A DNA stretch of 64,000 bases. Source: Flavobacteriales bacterium. GTDB lineage: Bacteria; Bacteroidota; Bacteroidia; Flavobacteriales_D; Sanyastnellaceae. The stretch lies in assembly GCA_034439875.1 (NCBI GenBank), contig JAWXBG010000223.1, positions 2,973-66,972 of the forward strand, in the 5' to 3' direction. The notes beneath the pieces were generated by a model. The model searched no databases, was not told the origin of the DNA, and saw nothing but the letters and a program-made list of their open reading frames with translations. The position numbers were made by a program, and so were the translations under genes. Of this stretch, positions 1 through 9,870 are shown piece after piece. The stretch's first letter is position 1, and every line of letters starts with the position of its first letter.

Positions 1-1002
1 TACGGACAAGATAGTTTTCGTCCTATAGAAACACCTCAAGAAGGCGAGGCGTTCATGTTAAAACCAATGAACTGCCCTCACCACTGCGAGATATATAGCA
101 GCAAACCTAGATCATACAAGGATTTGCCTATTCGCATGGCCGAATTCGGCACTGTTTATCGCTATGAACAAAGTGGGGAATTGCATGGGTTAACTCGTGT
201 TCGGGGATTTACGCAAGACGATGCCCACATTTTCTGTACCAACGATCAAGTAAAAGAAGAAGTTTCGAAAGTGATCGACATTGTTCTGTACATTTTCAAA
301 ACACTGGATTTTAAAGATTTCTTAGTTCAGGTTTCACTGCGCGACCCGAATAATCCCGATAAATACATCGGATCTGACGAAAATTGGGCAAAAGCAGAGA
401 AGGCCATTCAAGAAGTAGCAGTAGAAAAAGGTCTGAAAACGGTTGTAGAGCTAGGTGAAGCAGCATTTTATGGACCAAAGCTCGATTTCATGGTGCGTGA
501 TGCGATTGGCAGGAAGTGGCAATTGGGTACAGTGCAGGTGGATTACAATCTTCCTGAGCGATTTGAACTGGAATACACTGGTAGTGACAACCAAAAGCAC
601 CGTCCCGTAATGATACACAGGGCTCCTTTTGGATCTATGGAGCGTTTTGTGGCGATTTTAATTGAGCATTGCGCCGGTCAATTTCCACTTTGGCTAACTC
701 CGGAGCAAGTGAGAATACTGCCTGTGAGTGAAAAATTTAATGAATATGCTCAAAACGTAGTCAGGGAACTGATTTCTTACGATATTCGCGCCCTCGTAGA
801 CGACAGGAACGAAAAAGTAGGCAAAAAAATACGTGATGCGGAGATGGAAAAAGTCCCGTACATGTTGATTGTAGGGGAAGAGGAGGCCGGAGCTGGTACC
901 GTTTCACCACGGAAAAAAGGCGAAGGAGATCTTGGAGTGATGAGCATAGAAGATTTTGCACGCAAGCTGGATGCTGAAGTGAAGGCGATGTTGGCAGAAT
1001 AA
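1..1002 (+). CDS. thrS: threonine--tRNA ligase, C-terminal part (5' end lies outside the window)
   Basis: Frame 1 is open from base 1 to the stop at 1000-1002. The translation carries class II ThrRS core motifs ([30 protein letters not shown]) and an anticodon-binding tail. It is followed by infC-rpmI-rplT, the classic operon order. Confidence 0.95.
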   Translation, partial: YGQDSFRPIETPQEGEAFMLKPMNCPHHCEIYSSKPRSYKDLPIRMAEFGTVYRYEQSGELHGLTRVRGFTQDDAHIFCTNDQVKEEVSKVIDIVLYIFKTLDFKDFLVQVSLRDPNNPDKYIGSDENWAKAEKAIQEVAVEKGLKTVVELGEAAFYGPKLDFMVRDAIGRKWQLGTVQVDYNLPERFELEYTGSDNQKHRPVMIHRAPFGSMERFVAILIEHCAGQFPLWLTPEQVRILPVSEKFNEYAQNVVRELISYDIRALVDDRNEKVGKKIRDAEMEKVPYMLIVGEEEAGAGTVSPRKKGEGDLGVMSIEDFARKLDAEVKAMLAE

Positions 1003-1038
1003 GAGAAATAAGAACATTATAAAAAAGGAGGGCACATT

Positions 1039-1578
1039 ATTAAGAAAGTATTCAGGGGGCGCGTGCAACAAGAAGATGAGCACCGCATCAACAGCAGGAT
1101 CCTGGCGCAAGAAGTTAGATTGGTAGGCGAGAACGTCGAAGTAGGCGTTTACAGTCTCAAAGAAGCTTTGAGATTAGCCGAAGAGCAGGATAAGGATCTG
1201 GTGGAGATATCACCCAATGCAGTACCTCCGGTTTGTAGAATTGTTGATTACAAGAAGTTTCTCTATGATCAAAAGAAACGTCAGAAAGAAATCAAAGCGA
1301 AGCAAACCAATGTAGAAACGAAAGAAATTCGTTTCGGTCCCAACACAGATGACCACGATTTTCAGTTCAAACTGAAGCATGCAGTAGGTTTTTTGCAAGA
1401 AGGTGCTAAGGTAAAAGCACATGTTTTCTTCAAAGGACGAGCTATCGTGTTTAAAGAAAGGGGAGAGGTTTTACTGCTCAAGTTCATACAAGAACTTGCT
1501 GAATATGGAGTTCCAGAAGCTTTGCCAAAGTTGGAAGGAAAAAAGATGTTTGTGTTGATCAATCCGAAGAAAAAGTAA
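1039..1578 (+). CDS. infC: translation initiation factor IF-3
   Basis: IF-3 N- and C-domain sequence is present ([32 protein letters not shown]). The ORF track starts at GTG 1063, but in-frame ATT codons at 1036 and 1039 follow the TAA at 1009-1011 and add a basic N-terminal tail. The start coordinate is uncertain; the end is firm. Confidence 0.9.
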   Translation: MKKVFRGRVQQEDEHRINSRILAQEVRLVGENVEVGVYSLKEALRLAEEQDKDLVEISPNAVPPVCRIVDYKKFLYDQKKRQKEIKAKQTNVETKEIRFGPNTDDHDFQFKLKHAVGFLQEGAKVKAHVFFKGRAIVFKERGEVLLLKFIQELAEYGVPEALPKLEGKKMFVLINPKKK

Positions 1579-1599
1579 ATTGTTAAAACCAGAATAGCG

Positions 1600-1794
1600 A
1601 TGCCTAAATCGAAAACAAAATCCGGCGCCAAAAAGCGTTTTAAGCTAACAGGTACCGGTAAAATTAAGCGTAAGCACGCATTCATGAGGCACATTCTCAC
1701 AAAGAAGTCTAAGAAGCGCAAACGCGCACTTGGACATGATGCCATTGTGGATCCTACTAACGCCAAAAGCATCAGGGCACAGTTGCTCGCCTGA
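1600..1794 (+). CDS. rpmI: 50S ribosomal protein L35
   Basis: A 64-aa, very basic protein ([27 protein letters not shown]) in the operon position between infC and rplT. Confidence 0.95.
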   Translation: MPKSKTKSGAKKRFKLTGTGKIKRKHAFMRHILTKKSKKRKRALGHDAIVDPTNAKSIRAQLLA

Positions 1795-1882
1795 TAAAAA
1801 AAAGAGCACGGTAAGTTTAACCCGGGAATTGGTCCAAGTTTATCTTAATTGATAGCGCCTATTACCAAAAAGCAAAAACAAT

Positions 1883-2227
1883 ATGCCACGTTCAAAAAAC
1901 GCAGTCGCATCGAGAGCCAGAAGAAAGAAAATCTTCAAATTGGCCAAAGGGTATTTCGGATCCAGAAAAAATGTATGGACCGTTGCCAAAAACTCAGTAG
2001 AAAAAGCATTGTGTTATGCCTACATCGGCAGAAAACAGCGCAAGAGAAACTTTCGTTCTCTGTGGATCGCCAGGATCAATGCCGGAGCCCGCGAATATGG
2101 AATGTCTTATTCCGAGTTCATGGGTAAAATCCACAAGAATGGTGTTGAGCTGAACAGAAAAGTACTTGCCGATTTGGCCATGAACCATCCCGACGCTTTT
2201 AAAGCTGTTGTGGAAAAGGTGAAATAA
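1883..2227 (+). CDS. rplT: 50S ribosomal protein L20
   Basis: A 114-aa protein with the typical L20 N-terminus ([26 protein letters not shown]) as the last gene of the operon. Confidence 0.95.
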   Translation: MPRSKNAVASRARRKKIFKLAKGYFGSRKNVWTVAKNSVEKALCYAYIGRKQRKRNFRSLWIARINAGAREYGMSYSEFMGKIHKNGVELNRKVLADLAMNHPDAFKAVVEKVK

Positions 2228-2252
2228 TCGAAAGAATTCAGACATTTGAAAA

Positions 2253-2276
2253 GGGAATCTCATGGTTCCCTTTTTT
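2253..2276 (+). terminator. rho-independent terminator after rplT
   Basis: GGGAATC-tcat-GGTTCCC forms a 7-bp stem (one G-U pair) followed by TTTTTTG, 25 nt after the rplT stop. Confidence 0.7.
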
Positions 2277-2304
2277 GTTAAACAGCTATGTATACATTTA
2301 AGAA

Positions 2305-4209
2305 ATGAAGTTTTACCAAAAAATCGTGTTCATCCTATTTTTTGTGCTGCCATCATCTCTCTTGGCGCAGTTGGAAAGGGTGGGTTATACTGAAGTTGCC
2401 GATGAGTTTCCGGTAGATACCAAATGGATAAATTATGATACGCCACTCAGCTTTTCTTCTTTTCGCGACAAGCTACTTGTGATTCATACCATGGATTTGG
2501 ATTGTATCGATTGCATTGAGCAAAATTTATTTTTGGACAAATCAGTTCGTTCTTTTTTCCATACTCAGCTTATCACGGTGTTTGACGAAGACACAACGGA
2601 TGTGCTTTATGTAGAAAGGATAAACGATTACATAAAGAGAAATCACATCAATCACCCTGTGGCAATCATGCCCGGTTTTAAGGGATTGAAAAACATTGAT
2701 GAAAGGAGACCGGGAATTACCCTTGTATATTTAAACAAGGCAGTACCTTTTCAGAAACTTGTTAAAGTTGGAATGTCTCCCGATCTAATTGGTTTAAAAG
2801 AGACTTTTGAAACGATCAATAAAAGTCCTAAATCAGGACAAGTCTTTGCGACTTCCATCTATCAATCTCGATCTAATCCGGATGTACTGGCACAGGCACT
2901 CATCGAGTTTCCCACATATCTCAGCGAAGGCGCTGGAGGACAACAGATTTTTGTGACTGATGCGGGTCACGACAGAATTGTGCTCACAGACTCGCAGGGA
3001 GATGTAAATACGGTTGTGGGAATGGCTGGAGGTGGTTTTGTAGAAGGACCATTTGATGTTGCAAGATTTAACGGTGCATCGGGTACCGCTTACAACGAGA
3101 AAGACTATGTTCTATATATTGCTGATACTTACAATCACAGATTGCGCGTAGCTGATTTCAAAGACGGTCAAACTAAAACAGTTTTGGGCAATGGTGTTTC
3201 CTTTGCAAATTCACAATTGCAAGAACAAGGATATACCCCTGGATTGACGACTAAAATTTTGGATGAAACCGAACCATTCGGCTATCCGACAGATGTACTT
3301 TTCATGAATGGTAAAGTCTATGTAGCGAGTGCTGAATACAATCAGATTTTTGAATTCAATCCGACGAGTAAAAGTGCAAATGAGTTGGTGCGTGTGATGA
3401 CTCCTATAGACAGTATGGGAGCAGTGCCTTACATTTCAAACCTCTCGGCGGGGAAAGATACAATCTACTGCGTGCTGAGCGATGGATCTGTATATGCCGT
3501 TGCACTTGGTGGCGAGAAACCGGTTGCTTCATTGTTATTAAAACAGACAGGGCTGCGTTCATTTGTGCAAGTCGAAAATTATTTGCTCGCAACTGTCGAT
3601 CATAAGATATATAGTTTTAGTAAATCGGAGTTGAAAGTAAAAAGTGGTAGTGGCGTGAGAGGTATTAAAAATGGAAAAGCATCGAAGTCCATGTATTCTT
3701 CTCCTTTCGACCTAGTTAGTTGGCAGGGTCAGGCGATGATTTCTGATGCCGGAAATCACACCCTTAGAACGATCTCTTTAAAAAAGGGCAAATCCGCTGG
3801 ATATCATTATTTCCCAGGAAGCAATTTGTGGCGATTTGCTGATGCTACTTCACACAGTGAATCAGCTTCTTTTGATCCAATCCATTGTGGAGTGGGAGCA
3901 GACATTACTATCAAACTTGATTTGGGAGAATACAAACTTGTACCTGAAGGTCACAATGAAGTACATGCCGACGGATCAAGTCCATTATCGATGACTTCTA
4001 TGGATATCTTGGAAAATCAGTTTACCTTTAGCATAACAAATGAGGGATATTCCGGGGCCATATTCTTAGAACTTTTTCTGACGGTTCAAAAGAAGAACAA
4101 TCCGGATTCTTATTTTCACAAAAGGGCTTTTTTAAATATTCCTATCGAATATGATAAACAAGGAGCTTCTGCACATGAGAGAACATTCAAGCCACTTATT
4201 ACAGACTAG
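2305..4209 (+). CDS. secreted thioredoxin-like / NHL-repeat beta-propeller protein (NHLRC2-like architecture)
   Basis: It has an N-terminal signal peptide, a CxxC motif (LDCIDCIE) in an N-terminal Trx-like region, and NHL-type repeats (YNHRLRVADF, DAGNHTLRTI, DAGHDRIVLTD). Confidence 0.6.
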   Translation: MKFYQKIVFILFFVLPSSLLAQLERVGYTEVADEFPVDTKWINYDTPLSFSSFRDKLLVIHTMDLDCIDCIEQNLFLDKSVRSFFHTQLITVFDEDTTDVLYVERINDYIKRNHINHPVAIMPGFKGLKNIDERRPGITLVYLNKAVPFQKLVKVGMSPDLIGLKETFETINKSPKSGQVFATSIYQSRSNPDVLAQALIEFPTYLSEGAGGQQIFVTDAGHDRIVLTDSQGDVNTVVGMAGGGFVEGPFDVARFNGASGTAYNEKDYVLYIADTYNHRLRVADFKDGQTKTVLGNGVSFANSQLQEQGYTPGLTTKILDETEPFGYPTDVLFMNGKVYVASAEYNQIFEFNPTSKSANELVRVMTPIDSMGAVPYISNLSAGKDTIYCVLSDGSVYAVALGGEKPVASLLLKQTGLRSFVQVENYLLATVDHKIYSFSKSELKVKSGSGVRGIKNGKASKSMYSSPFDLVSWQGQAMISDAGNHTLRTISLKKGKSAGYHYFPGSNLWRFADATSHSESASFDPIHCGVGADITIKLDLGEYKLVPEGHNEVHADGSSPLSMTSMDILENQFTFSITNEGYSGAIFLELFLTVQKKNNPDSYFHKRAFLNIPIEYDKQGASAHERTFKPLITD

Positions 4210-4228
4210 ATTTTATCCCAATTCACCA

Positions 4229-5272
4229 TTACTTTTCGCCCTTCACTCTTGAAAGCGCTTTTGCAGCGTCGGTGAATGTGGGTTCCAATTTGAGCGCCTG
4301 CGTATAATCTTCTTTGGCTTCTTTGGTTTTATTCAAGCTTTCGAAGGACAGACCTCTATTATAGTACGCTTTTGTGTATGCAGGTACCAGATTGATTGCC
4401 TCTGAGAATTCGACTGCCGCCGAATCGTACTGTTGCATGTATTCCAGATACACATATCCTTTATTGAAATGCGCTGCAGCCCAAGTTGGATCTATTTTTA
4501 GAATTTCATCGTAGCACTCAAAGGCCTGACGATACCAAGCAGGGTTCTTTTTACCGTTGTCCTGTAAGAATATAGCCTTGTTGTACAGAGCCTCTATACT
4601 TTGGGGTTTGATATCTATTGCCTGATTGTAGTATTCAAGTGCAAGAGGATGTTTTTTGTCTGCATAAGTGAGCCCAAGTTCAATGTACGCGTCAAAATAA
4701 TCAGGGTCTACTTCTATGGCTGTCTGATAAGATGAAAACGCGAGGTTCGTGTCGCCAATAGTTCTGTACAACCTACCTTTTAAATAATACGCGTAGGGGA
4801 GGAGTTCGTTTTCTTTCAGCGCTGCATTGATATGCCCGATCGCCATTTCGTAGTTTTTTAGAACGATGTCGATAGCGGCTTTTTTCAGAAGACAGTCAGT
4901 ATTTTTATCATTTTTGCCTAAACAGTTTGTGTATTCTATATATGCATTTTTCACATCTTGTCTAAACCAGTGCAATTCGCCTTTGTAGAGATAAATTTCA
5001 TCTTGAGTGCTGTCAGATTGAAGTGCTCTGGCGACGTCGAGAAACGCTAGATCGTAATTTTCCCTTTGACCGTAGTACTTAGCTCTATTGAGGTAATTGA
5101 GGTAATTATTGGGGTCCTCCAATATTTTTTGATTTAAGTTTTGCAACGAAGAGTCGACTGTTGCTTTTTCGTCGCTTTTATTTCCTTCCTGACCTGTTTG
5201 TTTTGGTTTTTGGTAGCATGCGGCTAGGGTCACTAAGGCTAGAACAATGAAATACGGATAAGATCTTTTCAT
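4229..5272 (-). CDS. TPR-repeat lipoprotein
   Basis: Multiple TPR-like repeats run through the protein (AxxYYNRGxxY.. pattern). I prefer the internal start at 5272 (MKRSYPYFIVLALVTLAAC, lipobox Cys), because the longer ORF to 5335 would run through the recA terminator hairpin. Confidence 0.75.
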   Translation of the reverse strand: MKRSYPYFIVLALVTLAACYQKPKQTGQEGNKSDEKATVDSSLQNLNQKILEDPNNYLNYLNRAKYYGQRENYDLAFLDVARALQSDSTQDEIYLYKGELHWFRQDVKNAYIEYTNCLGKNDKNTDCLLKKAAIDIVLKNYEMAIGHINAALKENELLPYAYYLKGRLYRTIGDTNLAFSSYQTAIEVDPDYFDAYIELGLTYADKKHPLALEYYNQAIDIKPQSIEALYNKAIFLQDNGKKNPAWYRQAFECYDEILKIDPTWAAAHFNKGYVYLEYMQQYDSAAVEFSEAINLVPAYTKAYYNRGLSFESLNKTKEAKEDYTQALKLEPTFTDAAKALSRVKGEK

Positions 5273-5306
5273 GGGACTACAAGGATAAGGCATAATGAAA
5301 TAAAAA

Positions 5307-5332
5307 GCCCGTGAATCGAAAGATCCACGGGC
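5307..5332 (-). terminator. rho-independent terminator after recA
   Basis: On the minus strand, GCCCGTG-12 nt-CACGGGC is followed by TTTTTATTT. It lies between the recA stop (5350) and the TPR gene start (5272). Confidence 0.65.
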
Positions 5333-5349
5333 CAAAAATATTTCAAAAT

Positions 5350-6357
5350 TTACGCTTTAACCTTGGCGGCAATAGCTGCAAGAACTTCTTTTTCGATTTC
5401 CTCCATCAGTTCTGGGTTGTCGTCGAGCAATTGCTTCACGGCATCTCTACCCTGTCCGAGTTTGGTTTCTTTGTAGCTAAACCAGCTACCGCTCTTTTTC
5501 ACTACGTTATAATCAACACCGAGATCGATCAGTTCGCCCAGGCGGCTTATGCCTTGACCGAAGATGATGTCGAATTCTGCAATCCTAAATGGCGGGGCCA
5601 CTTTGTTTTTCACCACTTTCACTTTTGAGCGGTTTCCTATAGCATGTTCTCCGTCTTTAATTTGTTGTGAACGACGTATGTCTAGTCGGATAGAAGCATA
5701 AAACTTTAAGGCATTACCACCTGTAGTCGTTTCAGGGTTTCCGAACATCACACCTATTTTTTCGCGGAGCTGATTGATGAAAATACAGCAGCAACCTGTT
5801 TTACTGATTGTGGCAGTAAGTTTTCGGAGCGCCTTAGACATCAAACGGGCTTGAAGACCAACCTGAGTGTCGGACATTTCGCCTTCAATTTCAGCTCTTG
5901 GAGTAAGCGCCGCAACAGAGTCGATAACAATGAGATCAATTGCACCTGAACGAATCAGGTTGTCTGCTATTTCAAGACCTTGTTCACCGTTGTCGGGCTG
6001 CGAAATCAGAAGGTTTTCTGTGTCGACACCCAAAGCTTCCGCATAAAACTTATCGAATGCGTGCTCTGCGTCAATAATCGCACAAATACCACCTTGTTTC
6101 TGACTTTCAGCAATAGCATGAATGGCCAAAGTGGTTTTACCAGAAGATTCTGGCCCGTATATTTCAACGATGCGGCCTTTTGGATAACCGCCAATGCCTA
6201 AGGCAATGTCGAGATTAATAGATCCTGATGGAATTACTTCCATGGCTTCCACGGGACTGTCACCAAGCTTCATTACTGAGCCTTTGCCGTAGGTTTTTTC
6301 GAGTTTGTCGATGGCCAACTGAAGGGCCTTCAATTTTTCTTTGTTTACGTCTGACAT
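5350..6357 (-). CDS. recA: recombinase RecA
   Basis: Full-length RecA with Walker [10 protein letters not shown], the typical N-terminus ([24 protein letters not shown]) and [31 protein letters not shown]. Confidence 0.98.
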   Translation of the reverse strand: MSDVNKEKLKALQLAIDKLEKTYGKGSVMKLGDSPVEAMEVIPSGSINLDIALGIGGYPKGRIVEIYGPESSGKTTLAIHAIAESQKQGGICAIIDAEHAFDKFYAEALGVDTENLLISQPDNGEQGLEIADNLIRSGAIDLIVIDSVAALTPRAEIEGEMSDTQVGLQARLMSKALRKLTATISKTGCCCIFINQLREKIGVMFGNPETTTGGNALKFYASIRLDIRRSQQIKDGEHAIGNRSKVKVVKNKVAPPFRIAEFDIIFGQGISRLGELIDLGVDYNVVKKSGSWFSYKETKLGQGRDAVKQLLDDNPELMEEIEKEVLAAIAAKVKA

Positions 6358-6537
6358 GTTTGTTCTGTTTTGTGGTGCAAAGTATCAGTAGCAGATTGTA
6401 ACCTATTTACAATGCGAAAAAATCGCATTTTTTTCTTTTTCCCTTGCGCCCCGCGAATTTATTCTGAAGGTAGTCAGGGCCGCAGAAAGTTATGAACGCG
6501 ATATGAAAACCGCTTAGAAGTACTGGAAAATCTGATA

Positions 6538-6730
6538 ATACCGTATGGCTATCTACAATAGTCCAATTCCGTTTCACTCCATTAGCCTATAACAGCTACT
6601 CTAACGGCATTTACCACTTCATGTATATAAACCCGAATCATTCGATGGAGATATCGGAGTTCATCGGCCGTGTTATGTATTCCCGCAGCGCATTACCCTC
6701 AGGTTATTCCAATGCGTACTGTAGGATGGA
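6538..6730 (+). repeat. composite S-P interspersed repeat unit (copy R1)
   Basis: The S hairpin module (about 6551-6598, inverted relative to copy 11068-11115), a linker and the P module (about 6623-6730) align by eye to 18625-18843, to the reverse complement of 11347-11516, and to 58642-58922. Confidence 0.85.
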
Positions 6731-6776
6731 ATATTTTATATTCAGAATTGGGGTAAAATCCTGTTGATATGGCGAA

Positions 6777-7004
6777 TTATGCCTGATCTCTCTTTTTGTA
6801 CAAATCCTTTATAACAAGGAAAACTGCCAAGTAGGCCAGAGTGAAGAATGCAGAATAAGCAAGAGAATAATCTTTGCCTTGATATTCATATTCACCAGCC
6901 CCGTATCGCATAAAGCGGTCGAAAAGCTTGGTAGAAAGGAGATAACTCACAGTGAAAAGCACTGGTGCTATACTCAGATAGATGATGGTAAATTTTTTGC
7001 TCAT
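6777..7004 (-). CDS. small two-TM membrane protein (hypothetical)
   Basis: A 75-aa ORF with two hydrophobic segments. Its start overlaps the yggS stop by 4 nt, which suggests translational coupling in the serC-serA-DUF1015-yggS operon. Confidence 0.5.
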   Translation of the reverse strand: MSKKFTIIYLSIAPVLFTVSYLLSTKLFDRFMRYGAGEYEYQGKDYSLAYSAFFTLAYLAVFLVIKDLYKKRDQA

Positions 7005-7663
7005 TTTTTTCTCTCGCCAAAGATAGCACTGCCTACTCTTATCATAGTACTTCCTTCTTCAATTGCTATATCCCAATCGGAACTCATGCCCATGCTGATT
7101 TCCCGGAAACTTTCGCCGAAAAGGACTTTCAGTGTATCAAATGTCTTTTTTACTTGAACAAATTCTTTGCGAATTTGATCACGGTTGTCAGTAAATGTAG
7201 CCATAGCCATAACTCCACAAATTTTTACATTTTTCAATTCGGCTATCGAAGTGTCATTTGCAATTTCCAATGCTTCAGATTCACTCAGACCATGTTTGGT
7301 TTCCTCTTCAGCTACATGAAGTTGAAGAAGACATTGAATCGTCCGATTACTTTTACCAGCGGCTTCATCAAGTTTAAATAGAAGTGAAGCCCTGTCGACT
7401 CCATGCACATAATGTACAAAGGGTGCAATAAACTTTATCTTATTGCTCTGCAAATGGCCAATAAAATGCCATTCTATATCTGAAGGAAGCAGGTCTTTTT
7501 TATCGATAAATTCTTGAACATAATTTTCACCGAAATATCTTTGACCCGCATTGTAAGCTTCAGTAATACTGAGATTTGGTTGAAGTTTAGAAACAGCAAT
7601 TAATTTCACATCGGCAGGAATGCGCGCTCTTATAGAATTGAGATTGTCGGCAATGGCACTCAT
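7001..7663 (-). CDS. yggS: YggS-family pyridoxal-phosphate homeostasis protein
   Basis: A 220-aa protein with YggS/PROSC motifs (KLIAVSKLQP, HFIGHLQSNK, RVGSAIFG). Confidence 0.9.
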   Translation of the reverse strand: MSAIADNLNSIRARIPADVKLIAVSKLQPNLSITEAYNAGQRYFGENYVQEFIDKKDLLPSDIEWHFIGHLQSNKIKFIAPFVHYVHGVDRASLLFKLDEAAGKSNRTIQCLLQLHVAEEETKHGLSESEALEIANDTSIAELKNVKICGVMAMATFTDNRDQIRKEFVQVKKTFDTLKVLFGESFREISMGMSSDWDIAIEEGSTMIRVGSAIFGERKK

Positions 7664-8883
7664 TTCAAATCGTAAATAACGAGCCCGCTCCTAAGTTTGG
7701 GTTCAATCCATGTGCTCTTTGGAGGCATGCTGAGTTGTTCGTCGGAAATCCTTTTGAGTTCATCAATTGCAACAGGATGAAGTGCAAATCCAACTTTAAA
7801 TTTCCCTTTGTCCACTGCCTGTTGAATGGCTTCCAATCCGCGGGGTCCCTCCAAAAATGAAATTCGGTTGTCGTTTTTGATGTCTTTAATTCCAAGAATC
7901 GGTATAAGTACTTTTTCGGATAATGTTTGGGCATCCAAATGCTCTAATTCCGAATTTTTCAATCGCAGGCTATACCATTTTCGTTCTATATACATCACAA
8001 TTTCACCCTTTTTATAGGGTCTTTCAAGTGGTGTAGAATCTTTCACTTCGAATTCATTGCGAAGCATCTCTATAAAAGATTCTATGGAATGTCCGTTGAG
8101 CGAATTCACCAATCGGTTGAATTCATATATACGCACATTGGTTTCATCGAGTATGTAAGAAAGAAAGTAGTTCCATGGCTCTTCTCCTGTGTAACCCGGA
8201 TTTTCACTTCTTTTTTTCAAACATAGCGAAGCACTTGAAGCACAGCGATGATGGCCATCAGCAATATACAAATCACTCATGTTTGCATAAACACCGGAAA
8301 TGGCTTTTTGATCATTTTCATCATCAATTACCCAAAGCTGATGCCGCACTTCCGTCATTTGCGTGAAGTCATATTCAGGCCGACCACTCATGTATTTTTT
8401 GCTGATGTCTTTGAGTAGAGAAGACACCCCTCCAATAAGTAAAACGGGCTCCGCATTCAAGGCTGTACTCTCAAGATACTGAGTGAAAATTTCTTGTCTT
8501 TTAGAAAGTGTTTGTTCGTGAATTTTGATGTGACCTTTTAAATAGTCATCCACAGAAACTGCGGCAATAATCCCGTTGAAGTGATGCCCCATTTTGGTTT
8601 GACTGTACAGATAAAATGAAGCCTTTTCTTCTCTGTATAAAATATCACGACTAATGAACTCCTCGTATTTTCTACGTACCAATTCGAACCTCTGCGAACG
8701 GCTCAACTTGTGGAGTTTTTTGCTTCCAAGATCCGGGTGAATGATGTGTAGATATGAAAAAGGATTCTCAGCTAATTTTTTTCTGAGTTGAGTAGTCGAA
8801 TAACTAACGTATGAACGAGATGCTACCAAATGAACTTTGTCTCTGGTAGGGCGAACGGCACAAAAGGGTTTGGCAATAGCCAT
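7660..8883 (-). CDS. DUF1015 family protein
   Basis: The N-terminus MAIAKPFCAVRPTRDKVHLVASRSY is typical of DUF1015. It overlaps yggS by 4 nt and follows serA, as is common in Bacteroidota. Confidence 0.8.
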   Translation of the reverse strand: MAIAKPFCAVRPTRDKVHLVASRSYVSYSTTQLRKKLAENPFSYLHIIHPDLGSKKLHKLSRSQRFELVRRKYEEFISRDILYREEKASFYLYSQTKMGHHFNGIIAAVSVDDYLKGHIKIHEQTLSKRQEIFTQYLESTALNAEPVLLIGGVSSLLKDISKKYMSGRPEYDFTQMTEVRHQLWVIDDENDQKAISGVYANMSDLYIADGHHRCASSASLCLKKRSENPGYTGEEPWNYFLSYILDETNVRIYEFNRLVNSLNGHSIESFIEMLRNEFEVKDSTPLERPYKKGEIVMYIERKWYSLRLKNSELEHLDAQTLSEKVLIPILGIKDIKNDNRISFLEGPRGLEAIQQAVDKGKFKVGFALHPVAIDELKRISDEQLSMPPKSTWIEPKLRSGLVIYDLK

Positions 8884-8892
8884 TGTAAAAAT

Positions 8893-9855
8893 TTATGCCT
8901 GAATAATTTCTTTCACTTTCTCAGCGATCTCAATACCAATTCGCTCTTGAGCCTCTGCTGTAGAAGCCCCGATATGAGGCGTTGCAATGACCATAGGATG
9001 CCCGAGAATACCTTGATCGGGAGTGGGTTCATTTTCGAACACGTCGAGTGCTACAAAACGAACGTGACCAGAATCTAAGTTAGCTTTTAAAGCCTTTTCA
9101 TTGATCACACCCCCACGAGCAGTATTTATAAGGACAACACCTTTTTTGAGTTTTTTAAATTCATCTTCACCAATTACTGCCTCGCCATTTTCTTGTTTTG
9201 GAACATGCAACGAGATAAAGTCAGACTCCATTAGCACTTGATCGACACTTACAAATGGAACTTCATAAGGAAAAGTTTTATGAGGCCCTACAGAAACCTG
9301 GACAATAGTATTCTCCGGTTTGAATTTATCGAAGGTGATTACATTCATTCCGCAACCTAAAGCATAAGAGGCGAGGGAACGTCCGATTTTCCCAAATCCC
9401 AGAATGCCAAGGGTTTTCCCTCGTACTTCAATTCCTTTGGCATAACTTTTTTTCAAAGCGTCGAAGGATTCCGATCCTTTTTGAGGCATTTCGTGTCCGG
9501 CTTTATATGTGAATCTGGCGGCAGCAAACATCAGCGACATCACGAGTTCTGCTACGCTTTGGCTACCGGCACCTGGTGTATTAAAAACCTTGATGCCTTT
9601 GCTTTCGGCGTATGCTTTATCGATATTATCTATTCCAACACCACCTCGGCCTATAAAACGAAGTCCTGCACACGCGTCCAATAGATCTTTCCTCGCAGTG
9701 GTGGCACTTCTCACCAACAAACCTTCAACTCCATTTTCGTTGATGAAATTGGCAAGTACATCTTGATTTACTTTTTCCGTAAGCACTGTGCATCCCATCT
9801 CTTCGAGAAGTCTTTTTCCTGTGGCATCAATGCCGTCGTTAGCCAGAATTTTCAT
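8893..9855 (-). CDS. serA: D-3-phosphoglycerate dehydrogenase (short D-2-hydroxyacid dehydrogenase type)
   Basis: It has an NAD-binding GxGxxG (GILGFGKIGRS) and the catalytic-region motif TPHIGAST. It is adjacent to serC. Confidence 0.85.
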   Translation of the reverse strand: MKILANDGIDATGKRLLEEMGCTVLTEKVNQDVLANFINENGVEGLLVRSATTARKDLLDACAGLRFIGRGGVGIDNIDKAYAESKGIKVFNTPGAGSQSVAELVMSLMFAAARFTYKAGHEMPQKGSESFDALKKSYAKGIEVRGKTLGILGFGKIGRSLASYALGCGMNVITFDKFKPENTIVQVSVGPHKTFPYEVPFVSVDQVLMESDFISLHVPKQENGEAVIGEDEFKKLKKGVVLINTARGGVINEKALKANLDSGHVRFVALDVFENEPTPDQGILGHPMVIATPHIGASTAEAQERIGIEIAEKVKEIIQA

Positions 9856-9870
9856 TTTTTTTAATTCGGA

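Noticed and set aside
1849-2127. A 92-aa ORF overlaps rplT in another frame.
   Set aside because: rplT in the +2 frame relative to it is unambiguous, so the overlapping frame is a shadow ORF.
4229-5335. The long version of the TPR ORF starts at 5335.
   Set aside because: The extra 21 codons run through the recA terminator hairpin and have no signal-peptide character. The internal ATG at 5272 gives a canonical lipoprotein signal.
5311-6201. Plus-strand ORFs (5311-5628, 5980-6201) lie antisense to recA, as do many similar 60-120-aa antisense or alternative-frame ORFs throughout the track.
   Set aside because: They lie entirely within strongly supported genes on the opposite strand or in another frame, and they have no recognisable motifs. 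They are typical shadow ORFs.
6412-6435. The hairpin ATGCGA-aaaaa-TCGCAT followed by TTTTTTT on the plus strand looks like an intrinsic terminator.
   Set aside because: No plus-strand gene lies upstream, where only recA antisense is found. On the minus strand the hairpin is not followed by a T-run. Its role is unclear and it is not called as a terminator.
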